Shown here: positions 21,849 to 29,724 of the stretch, piece after piece
Position numbering within the stretch: the first letter of the stretch is position 1
How the letters are laid out: each line of letters begins with the position of its first letter
Assembly: GCF_000196355.1 (NCBI RefSeq)
Contig: NC_007614.1
Location: 1,920,001 to 1,952,000, forward strand
Reading direction: 5' to 3'
Origin: Nitrosospira multiformis ATCC 25196
GTDB taxonomy: Bacteria > Pseudomonadota > Gammaproteobacteria > Burkholderiales > Nitrosomonadaceae
Length of the DNA stretch: 32,000 nt
Notes under the pieces: generated by a model
What the model was told of the DNA's origin: nothing
Databases searched by the model: none
The model's input: the letters and a program-made list of their open reading frames with translations, nothing else
Program-made: the position numbers and the translations under genes

Positions 21849-23834
21849 TCAGATTATGAGCAACGCTGGATGCAGCACTTCGATCTCGTGCAGAGGACGG
21901 CCTTGCTGGGGCGGCGAATAGGTGCCATAACTCGAAATCACCGAAGGGTCCAGATGACCGACGATCTGCTCCAGCTCGGAAAGCCGCAAGCCCTGGCGTA
22001 CAAGATAAGTAATGTAGCTATGCCGGATCGTCTCGGCGGTGATTTCCTGGGGGTCAGGCAATCCCGAATCGATTGCGGCGCAAACCAGGGCGGTTGCCAG
22101 ATCGACGCGTGTCTGCGAATCATCCGGATCCCATACCGGGCGGTTACCGGAATGCTGGAGCAAGGATTTGAGCGGATTGCTGAGGGGCACCGCCCTCGGA
22201 GTTCTTCCTTCGAGGTTGATGACATTGGCCCGCTCGTTGATCTGATTCGCCTTCAAGGACGCCGCTTCATTGATGTCGAGGCCGCTGAGCAGCAAACCGA
22301 TAAGCTGCTTCCCCTTCAGGTTGGCGGCATTGATCAGGGTCCGTAACTGATGGCTCGAAAGTTCCCGGTGCACCGGTTTTGGCAAGGCAAAGTTGGTTTT
22401 CTGCTCTAACGGTTCGGCTTTGGTCCCGAGCGCGGCGTGAGGATGATCAATAAGCTCGGTAGCAGGCGGGGTATATCTCCCCACACCGAATACTGCGATG
22501 GAAGGCGATTGTTCCTTCTTTTGGGTCAGATACTCAAAAACCCACACGCTGATCAATCCCAGAAGCAGGGAGCCGCCGAGCGCTATCAGGGCTTCACGAC
22601 TGTAGTTCGGTCTTACTGGCTCCCTTGATTCATATGCCCTGCTAATCACATCGACCTGTGGATATTTGTCCTTGCGGCCGGTTTTCACCTGTACCAGCCG
22701 TTCCTGCGTATCCCGATACAGCTTTTCCAGTCCTTCCAGATCGGTCTTCAACGCCTCGTGCTGGGTAAATTTTGTCGCGAAGGCCGATGCCCGCTGCCTG
22801 TGCTCGCCCAATTGCTCGCGAATATCCCTGACGGTCTGTCGTGCGGCCGCGTAATTCACTTCGGCTTCATTCAAAGCTACATTTTGACCCCGCAACCGCT
22901 TATTGTTGATAGCAGTCTCGAGTTCCTTGATTTGCTCAGGAAGAGACTTCAGGTCGGGCTGCAGGTTTAAGTACTCGCGGGTAAATTTTTTATCGAATTC
23001 TGCCAGTTTTTCACGTGAATCATGCAGACGCTTCTCGAGGTCGGCCAAGCTGATTTTCTCATCGTCGGGAACCACTGCCTTTCCCCGGGCAATTGCAGCT
23101 CTGATGGCATCCAGTTCCGCTTTCGCCTTGACCTCCGCCTCGGAAGCCTTGTTAAGCGACTCGTTCAGCCCCTTCAGCCGGGCGGATGGTTCATTCTCCT
23201 CGCGCTCTGTCGATAGAATGTTATTGTTTTCACGGAAGTTCTCCAGCGCCGTCCTCGCGGCAGCAACCTTGTCAGCCAACTCCTCCAGTTCACCCTCGAC
23301 AATACGCTCGGTATTGCTCTTCAAACGTTTTACTTCTTCACTTCGCGCTTCCAGGTATACGTCTATCCATGTATTGATGAGCAAAGGCAGAAAGCGGGGA
23401 TCCGAGCCTTCTGCCGCAACCTCGACGAGATTGGTTTCTGGAACAGGCTCGACGGTCAACAAAGTCTGAATATCGGATTCAGTCAACCGGTTTAAGGATT
23501 TACCGGCGGGAGAAGCCTTCAATTTCCTCAGGGTTTCAGCGGCAAGCTCCCGCCCCAGCAGGATTTGGCGCTGGATTGCCACGTGTTGAATATCGGCATC
23601 ATCGCTCTGCTGGTCGATGGGCGTCATGGCCGAAGTAAGCAATGTCGCGCTGCTGCGATAAATTGCCGGCTGGCTGTAAACGTAAGCGAGACTGATAGCG
23701 GCGCTTGTCAGAAATACAAGTCCAAAAATGTTGAACCTGCGAGATTGATACCAAGGGAATTCATTCTTATCGGCAATCCGTCCCATTTGGTGTGAATTGC
23801 CCCCGAGATGCAAGTTGACTCTGTTTTTCATCAT
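21849..23834 (-). CDS. Polysaccharide co-polymerase (Wzz/GNVR chain-length-determinant-like) membrane protein with a C-terminal tyrosine-recombinase-like domain
   Basis: Residue numbers refer to the 689-aa ORF. TM1 is aa 61-81. A long charged, coiled-coil-like region spans aa 82-442. The GNVR-type segment QVDVISRAYESREPVRPNYS is followed by TM2 (aa 443-463). The tail, aa ~517-668, shows integrase box I/II-like strings: LLLSGLDINEAASL and TIRHSYITYLVRQGLRLSELEQIVGH...SSYGTY. The start is probably the ATG at 23834 (MMKNRV), with AGGGGA upstream; the ORF-track start is 23918. Confidence 0.75.
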   Translation of the reverse strand: MMKNRVNLHLGGNSHQMGRIADKNEFPWYQSRRFNIFGLVFLTSAAISLAYVYSQPAIYRSSATLLTSAMTPIDQQSDDADIQHVAIQRQILLGRELAAETLRKLKASPAGKSLNRLTESDIQTLLTVEPVPETNLVEVAAEGSDPRFLPLLINTWIDVYLEARSEEVKRLKSNTERIVEGELEELADKVAAARTALENFRENNNILSTEREENEPSARLKGLNESLNKASEAEVKAKAELDAIRAAIARGKAVVPDDEKISLADLEKRLHDSREKLAEFDKKFTREYLNLQPDLKSLPEQIKELETAINNKRLRGQNVALNEAEVNYAAARQTVRDIREQLGEHRQRASAFATKFTQHEALKTDLEGLEKLYRDTQERLVQVKTGRKDKYPQVDVISRAYESREPVRPNYSREALIALGGSLLLGLISVWVFEYLTQKKEQSPSIAVFGVGRYTPPATELIDHPHAALGTKAEPLEQKTNFALPKPVHRELSSHQLRTLINAANLKGKQLIGLLLSGLDINEAASLKANQINERANVINLEGRTPRAVPLSNPLKSLLQHSGNRPVWDPDDSQTRVDLATALVCAAIDSGLPDPQEITAETIRHSYITYLVRQGLRLSELEQIVGHLDPSVISSYGTYSPPQQGRPLHEIEVLHPALLII

Positions 23835-24143
23835 GCCTGCTATTCCCCTGCGCCAGCCGCTGCCCTGCCATTTATCACCCACATTCCTCCGTGCAATTCT
23901 TCCACTGATTCGATACAAATGTCACGAGATAAATGCAGCCTCTGTACGGTGCCGCACAAACGGGAAAGGGTTCATCCTCGGACAATGGCCCATCCAAAAA
24001 AGCAGCGATATTCATATTATTGTAAAACCCTTGCCTTAACTTGACGGTTAGCAATCGCACGCATGATAGACACAGGATTTGTATCGGAACCGGAATGCAA
24101 ATCCGGTCAGAATCACCCTCTTAACCCTTTCAGGAAACGCAAA

Positions 24144-24332
24144 ATGAAAAAACATCGTGACCAGGTTCTGTTCGGTAACGTCTTTGCTTCATTCGATCCC
24201 CGATCGGCGGCATTCCGGCAAAAAATGTTGGAACATTTTCAGACGAATAACTGCAAGCAGTGGAAAACGGTTGAAGGATTACCGGAAGCGGGAAAAAATC
24301 ATGGTGTGATATACTTCAGAGAAAGTGTATAA
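24144..24332 (+). CDS. Hypothetical 62-aa protein (weak call)
   Basis: AGGAAA lies 6 nt upstream of the ATG at 24144 (MKKHRDQVLFGNVFASFDPRSAAFRQKMLEHFQ...). I recognise no motif. It could be a gene fragment. Confidence 0.25.
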   Translation: MKKHRDQVLFGNVFASFDPRSAAFRQKMLEHFQTNNCKQWKTVEGLPEAGKNHGVIYFRESV

Positions 24333-24496
24333 GAAGCTCCCATCCGGACTAGGAAACCAGGAGTATACTGCTCTCTCCATACGCTTTCCTGCGATTGCCA
24401 AAATGCTTCCCGAACGTGACTTCGACAATCATGCGTTCCAATAGCCCGGCAACGCTCCTCCAACTTTCCCCACTTCCATAGCTCCTGCACAATCTG

Positions 24497-25276
24497 ATGC
24501 CCGCAATGCCCGCAGTCTTCGTAGGTCATGGGAATCCTATGAATGCCCTGTCCTGCAACGCGTATACTGAAGCGTGGTCCGCTATTGGCAAAAGCCTCCC
24601 GGCCAAACCTAAAGCTATTCTTTGTATCTCCGCGCATTGGTACATACCGAAAACAGCGGTAACTGCCCAAGAAAACCCCCCCACGATTCATGACTTCGGC
24701 GGATTCCCGCAGGAGCTGTATCGAGTCCAGTATCCCGCCCCCGGATCCCTGGAACTTGCAGCGGAAGTCGCTGATTTGCTCCTGCCACATGCTGTCATGG
24801 ACACAACCTGGGGGCTTGATCATGGTACCTGGTCGGTCCTCGTCCATATGTTTCCGGATGCGGATATTCCCGTCATCCAATTGAGTATAGATGAAACCAA
24901 AGAGGCTGCATGGCATTATGAGACGGCGCGAAACCTGGCACCGTTGCGGGATCGGGGTGTCCTTATTCTCGGAAGCGGCAATATCGTCCATAATCTGCAT
25001 ACCTATTCATGGGGAAAGCATGATGCAGACCCTTATGACTGGGCTCTGAGGTTCGAAAAAATGGTGCGCACGGCGTTGCGATCGGACAATGTCGAATCCC
25101 TCATCGCATATGAAAAACTGGGAAAGGACGCGTTGCTATCGGTGCCAACTCCTGACCATTACCTTCCGTTTCTCTATATTCTTGCTCAGAGGCAGCACAA
25201 CGAGGAAATCGGTTTTCCTGTGGAAGGATTTGATGACGGATCAATTTCCATGACGGCAGTCCAGATCGGGGTATGA
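24497..25276 (+). CDS. ygiD: 4,5-DOPA-dioxygenase-type extradiol ring-cleavage dioxygenase (YgiD family, class III)
   Basis: Motifs PAVFVGHGNPMNAL, ILCISAHW, IHDFGGFPQELY, YPAPGS, LDHGTWSVL and PVIQLSID match the YgiD/LigB-type pattern. The antisense 233-aa ORF is rejected. Confidence 0.85.
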   Translation: MPAMPAVFVGHGNPMNALSCNAYTEAWSAIGKSLPAKPKAILCISAHWYIPKTAVTAQENPPTIHDFGGFPQELYRVQYPAPGSLELAAEVADLLLPHAVMDTTWGLDHGTWSVLVHMFPDADIPVIQLSIDETKEAAWHYETARNLAPLRDRGVLILGSGNIVHNLHTYSWGKHDADPYDWALRFEKMVRTALRSDNVESLIAYEKLGKDALLSVPTPDHYLPFLYILAQRQHNEEIGFPVEGFDDGSISMTAVQIGV

Positions 25277-25345
25277 GGCCTCATCTGAGGCAAAGATTGG
25301 AACATCGCGTATCTCCACGAAAACTCTTCTCCCTCCTCAAGTTTC

Positions 25346-26446
25346 CTATGTTTCCCTTATCTCTTTTAACCTGTGGTAATGGTAAGCGGCTGTCTTTTCC
25401 TGAGCGGCGATGCGTCGGCGTATCGTATTTTCATAACGCGGAAGATCGAAAAGAACATTGCCTTTAGATCCATGCAATGCTTCCAGTAACATGTCTGCGC
25501 CGAGTTGCGCGGATTCGATTGCCCACTCGATCCCCGTTCCACTGAGAGGATCCGGCGCTGCCGTTGCATCTCCGACTGCAATCCAGGCGTCTCCGCCCAT
25601 TGCTGGGAACATCGTCGCGCCAGCCATTCGTCCGGCTATTGGCCGCTGATCGAAAGCTCCCGCCGACAATGGCGCGAGAAGGCGGGTACACTGCAATTCC
25701 TGAAAGAAAAAATCCTTCAAGCGCGACTGCCGCTGCTTGAGTTCATTCCGCCCGATACAAAAACTGGCGAAATAACCTTTTTCGGCAGGCAAAGCGTACC
25801 ACCACCCGTTTCGGGTACCTTCGACATAGAGAGTGTGGCGAGGGGCTATCCGAGCCTGGAGGGAAGTCATCAGGGCAATTTGCGAGGACTCTGCAACGGG
25901 TGCATGGTCGAAAAACGGCAGCGGCACGCGTCCTGTCGCAAGCACTATAAAACGCGCATAAATAGCGAATTCGCCTGCCCGGGAAGTGGTTTCATTGGAA
26001 GATGCGTCCTCGGAAGAACGCGCGATCAGCCGCCACCTGTCATGCTGGCGCTCTACGTCCACTACCTTGGCGTCGGGAATTATAGTGCCGCCCGCGCCGG
26101 AAGCAAGATTTCGCAAAGCCCCATCCAGAAGCGAACGCTCAATCGCTACGCCAGCGCCCCATGGATTAAACATTGCATTGAATATTACCGGCTCGGCCGT
26201 ATCCCACAGCGAGGCGGTTTCATGAATCTCTATTCCATGCACTACTTCTGAAAAAAAATCGGGACAGTACTGCTCGATAAAATGTCGCCCTCGACCCGAT
26301 ACGAGTTCGATGCCGCCGGGAGCGTAACCTCCCCAGTACATGAGCTTTACATCGACACCCGCACGTGCGAGCGCAAGCGCGCAGATGGCGCCCGCCGGTC
26401 CGCCGCCTATGACAACAACATCCGATATCTCTCCGTCGGGAAACAT
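25346..26446 (-). CDS. FAD-dependent oxidoreductase (geranylgeranyl-reductase / flavin-monooxygenase-like fold)
   Basis: N-terminal dinucleotide fold DVVVIGGGPAGAICALALARAG. A mid-protein NGWWYALP resembles the GG-reductase GYxWxFP motif. The C-terminal FAD motif reads IAVGDATAAPDPLSGTGI. Confidence 0.8.
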   Translation of the reverse strand: MFPDGEISDVVVIGGGPAGAICALALARAGVDVKLMYWGGYAPGGIELVSGRGRHFIEQYCPDFFSEVVHGIEIHETASLWDTAEPVIFNAMFNPWGAGVAIERSLLDGALRNLASGAGGTIIPDAKVVDVERQHDRWRLIARSSEDASSNETTSRAGEFAIYARFIVLATGRVPLPFFDHAPVAESSQIALMTSLQARIAPRHTLYVEGTRNGWWYALPAEKGYFASFCIGRNELKQRQSRLKDFFFQELQCTRLLAPLSAGAFDQRPIAGRMAGATMFPAMGGDAWIAVGDATAAPDPLSGTGIEWAIESAQLGADMLLEALHGSKGNVLFDLPRYENTIRRRIAAQEKTAAYHYHRLKEIRET

Positions 26447-26725
26447 TTGCTGCTATCGGTCCTTTTTCCTGGCAAACAGGACTATTCTGTACTACTGTCA
26501 CTCTATAGGGAAGAACCGGATAGCGATGCCGAGAGGATAGGCTTGCTGGTTCACGTTTTCCTTCCTGTATCCATAGAATCGTGATCAGACACGGCTAAAA
26601 GAGAGTATCAACCATGCGTGCCAGCAAAGGTCGCGATATTCGATATTGCCTTCAGAGGTTAGTTGCTCAATGCAAATGATCCTGTGTGTAGGCACACTAA
26701 AAAACCGGAGGCATCGTAGAGGTTA

Positions 26726-27721
26726 ATGAAATACCTAGGCCATCTGTCGACAGATGACCCCTTTTATGAATACCTCCGGTACGACATCCTGCCGGCGCTG
26801 CACTCCGTGAATCATCCGGATTTCAGGGTTTATGAGTTGCGGGCCTCCAACCATGTTTACCTTTACGAAGAACGGGATAGCGGAGCGCGGGTTATTGGAA
26901 AATTCTTCGGGGGTGTTCCGCATATCGGCCCTGACGCCGCGTTACGTCACATGGAGCAGGAGTTCAATAATTTGAACTATCTGCGCAGGATCGGCTTCAA
27001 TGCCTATCCCCACTATGTAGTGCGCCCCCTTGGCCGCAACGCCAGCCTCAACCATGTGGTTGTGGAAGAATATTGCTATGGCACACATTTTAAACATGTC
27101 ATTCTCAAGGCAATCCGAGAAAATGTGCGCGACGTTCTTTTCCAGAAGCTTACCGCGCTCGCTTATTTTCTTGCCACGCTGCATAACCGGACAGCGCACG
27201 AGCGCAAGGTGGAGTTCAACAAAGAATGCGATTACTTTGACCAGGTCATGAACCGCTTGCTAAGCGCAGCATGGATTGGATGGGATCAGGCTCAGGACTT
27301 GTATCGGCTAAAAAACCGATGGAGGGACAAAGCCTGCATGTGGGAAGACTGCGAGGTTCTGATCCATGGCGATGTTACTCCGGATAATGTTCTTTTTGGC
27401 GATGGCCTTTGGGTCATCATGCTCGACCTGGAGCGGATGAAATCATCTGACAGGGTATTTGATCTGGGCCGCGTCGTAGGCGAACTTCAGCATTTCTTCC
27501 TGCAGCAGGCGGGCGACAAGTGGCGCGCTGAACCCTTTATCGGGCATTTTCTATGGGAATACAGCTGTCATTTTCCCGATCGCGATGCAGCCTTCGCTGC
27601 GATAACCCGCCGCCTTCCCTTCTATGCCGCGCTCACTCTCCTGCGCATCAGCCGCAATGCCTGGATTGGCGCAGCTTATCGGAAGCGATTACTGGATGAG
27701 GCCAGGAGGACATTGGAGTAG
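26726..27721 (+). CDS. Phosphotransferase of the APH / choline-kinase-like protein-kinase fold
   Basis: Catalytic loop LIHGDVTPDNVLF (HGDxxxxN) is followed by the metal-binding MLDLERM. The protein is 331 aa and the next gene starts 31 nt downstream. Confidence 0.75.
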   Translation: MKYLGHLSTDDPFYEYLRYDILPALHSVNHPDFRVYELRASNHVYLYEERDSGARVIGKFFGGVPHIGPDAALRHMEQEFNNLNYLRRIGFNAYPHYVVRPLGRNASLNHVVVEEYCYGTHFKHVILKAIRENVRDVLFQKLTALAYFLATLHNRTAHERKVEFNKECDYFDQVMNRLLSAAWIGWDQAQDLYRLKNRWRDKACMWEDCEVLIHGDVTPDNVLFGDGLWVIMLDLERMKSSDRVFDLGRVVGELQHFFLQQAGDKWRAEPFIGHFLWEYSCHFPDRDAAFAAITRRLPFYAALTLLRISRNAWIGAAYRKRLLDEARRTLE

Positions 27722-27752
27722 TAACAGGTAATAACACCGGAGTACATGCGTT

Positions 27753-28481
27753 ATGGCAATAAAAGGCATCCTGTTTGACCTCTACGGCACGCTGATCGAC
27801 ATCGAAACCGATGAATCCATCGATGAAATCTATCGCGCCATCGCGCACTACCTGGTTTACCAAGGTGTATATCTTCATCGTGGACAGGTGCGGGAGCGCT
27901 ACTATGCCATCATGAGACAACAGAAGGATGCGAAGGATGAGGAATACCCGGAAATCGATGTGGAAGCCATATGGAATGAACTGCTCCTCCAGCAAGGCAT
28001 CAAGTCAAGCTACGTCCGGGGACAACAAGCAAAAGTGATCGCTCATATTTATCGCGGCATCTCCCGCAAACGTCTTCGACTCTATCCAAATGTGAAGGAA
28101 GTATTGAATGAGCTCCAGACGCGCTACCAACTCGCGCTGGTGTCTGACGCGCAGCCCTGTTTTGCGCTGCCCGAAATTCGGGCGATGGGTCTCGAGAGTT
28201 ATTTCAATCCCGTCATCATTTCCAGTTACTACGGTTTCAGAAAACCCGATTCCCGTCTCTTCAATAAAGCGCTCGATAAAATGGGTATCTCGCGTTCAGA
28301 GGTAATCGCAATCGGAAATGATATGTTCCGGGACATATATGGAGCTCAGCTTCTCGACATCAGGACGATTTTTTTCGATTCCAATCAGGGCGCCAAAACT
28401 TACGAAGATGTTGTACCCGCATATCGGGTCCAACAATTCGAGGATATCCTCACTGGCATAGCTCAACTGGCGCAACGTTAG
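27753..28481 (+). CDS. HAD-superfamily hydrolase, subfamily IA-like, with atypical motifs I and IV (haloacid-dehalogenase-like DxYGT)
   Basis: Motif I is ILFDLYGTLID, with Tyr at the D+2 position. Motif II is LALVSDA. Motif III is GFRKPD. Motif IV is IGNDMFRDIYGA, i.e. GND where GD[ST] is usual. Confidence 0.8.
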   Translation: MAIKGILFDLYGTLIDIETDESIDEIYRAIAHYLVYQGVYLHRGQVRERYYAIMRQQKDAKDEEYPEIDVEAIWNELLLQQGIKSSYVRGQQAKVIAHIYRGISRKRLRLYPNVKEVLNELQTRYQLALVSDAQPCFALPEIRAMGLESYFNPVIISSYYGFRKPDSRLFNKALDKMGISRSEVIAIGNDMFRDIYGAQLLDIRTIFFDSNQGAKTYEDVVPAYRVQQFEDILTGIAQLAQR

Positions 28482-28563
28482 CGTCGACTGTAGCGCGGAG
28501 AATCGATTCCCCCTCCCCTATGAAAAAGGAGATAAAAGAAAGGATAACTGGGGAAAGTTGCTC

Positions 28564-29442
28564 TCAACCCGGGTATTTAAGCTTCAATCGGTTAATAAAG
28601 GGTTCTGACAACGAAAAGTCCCTGTCCCCTGGTACGAAAACCTTGCAGCTGTGTTCCGTTCCGGCATGGCTTACCTTGAGGGTTGCAAACACACCCCTAT
28701 CTGCGGGTCGGGTAACAGGGATCTGCAGCGTTCCTGCTTTCAACTTATAACGGTCAGGCAATATCCGGGACGCTGCCGCACCTTCGAACCTCGCGACCCC
28801 GCCTCTCGTCAGATAGGAATATTCGACCTCGGGCTGAACCTGGGATTCGGAAGCCCCGCCTGATGCCCAGTTGACATTGAGCACGAACTCTTCTCCTTGT
28901 TCTTCGGAGGATACCCTGGCTGGAGTGGCCCAACAGGTCAGTCCCGGGCGCTTGCGCAGGCAGGCTGACCAGTTTTGGACTGCCCTGGACGCATCGCTAT
29001 TGCCCGCCACTGCCCGCTGCATGAAAAACTCCGCAGCCTGGGAAGGATCGAGCGTTGCATTTTGGGCGCAATATCCGCCTTTCCATTGCCCGAACCGCAT
29101 GTCGCTCATCGTATCTGCCGGAGTTGAGTCCGAATCCGGACTGTTGTCAGGCGGCAGATCATCCAGATTGACAAGCCCGTACGTCAGCCCCAGTGACTTA
29201 TCTTTGCCGAACTGCTGGGCACGCTTGATCGCCTTTTGCGCGTCCTCGTACTTCAATGCGCACAATTCCGCATACATTGCCCGATCTCTCAGGGGCGGCG
29301 CAATCCTCTGGTATTCATCATAAAATCCGCTTGCCAGGGTACTATGGCACGTTTCGCTGGCAAACACATTCCCCGGCAGAATCCCCCAGATCAGCGCGAC
29401 AGACAGAATAGGCGTGAGAGCGGAAACATATTCCTTTTTCAT
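28564..29442 (-). CDS. Secreted protein of unknown function
   Basis: The start is set at the ATG at 29442 (MKKEYVSALTPILSVALIWGILPGNVFA, a signal peptide) with GGAGGAG 5 nt upstream. The protein is 292 aa with several Cys. I recognise no family motif. Confidence 0.6.
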   Translation of the reverse strand: MKKEYVSALTPILSVALIWGILPGNVFASETCHSTLASGFYDEYQRIAPPLRDRAMYAELCALKYEDAQKAIKRAQQFGKDKSLGLTYGLVNLDDLPPDNSPDSDSTPADTMSDMRFGQWKGGYCAQNATLDPSQAAEFFMQRAVAGNSDASRAVQNWSACLRKRPGLTCWATPARVSSEEQGEEFVLNVNWASGGASESQVQPEVEYSYLTRGGVARFEGAAASRILPDRYKLKAGTLQIPVTRPADRGVFATLKVSHAGTEHSCKVFVPGDRDFSLSEPFINRLKLKYPG

Positions 29443-29724
29443 GATGCTCCTCCAGAAGGCAAGCAATTATATAGAAGATGTTACCAGACCAGAAGATGGC
29501 TTTGCCCTAAAAGAAGGCTTTGCCTCAGGGAAGATTCGACGATCAGAAAACACATCCATTGTGATCAATCACACAGACAATTGTCTAACTTTATGCTGAA
29601 CTGGCCCCTGAACTCAGGCTCTGCCAATAAATAAACAAATAACCGGGAGATACTTTATCCCCTCATTGATACCGGTTTCCGAATTTCCGATGATAAAGTT
29701 TCTCCATTGCTCAACCGTTATACG

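Noticed and set aside
22903-23469. A 188-aa Ser-rich plus-strand ORF inside the Wzz-like gene.
   Set aside because: It is antisense to the Glu/Leu/Ala/Lys-rich coiled-coil codons. The low-complexity Ser/Phe/Arg product is the expected mirror.
24299-25000. A 233-aa minus-strand ORF overlapping ygiD.
   Set aside because: The plus-strand frame carries the full YgiD/LigB motif set. The antisense product has no motif and an odd composition.
25505-26251. A 248-aa plus-strand ORF and other ORFs overlapping the FAD oxidoreductase gene.
   Set aside because: The minus-strand frame carries the GxGxxG and GD...DP FAD motifs. The plus-strand frames are Arg/Ser-rich shadows.
17321-28481. A halogen-metabolism theme: the haloperoxidase-like gene, the FAD enzyme and the haloacid-dehalogenase-like HAD.
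   Set aside because: The genes lie 8-10 kb apart in different transcription units. The FAD enzyme has a GG-reductase-type GWWYALP motif rather than the halogenase WxWxIP motif. The link is purely nominal.
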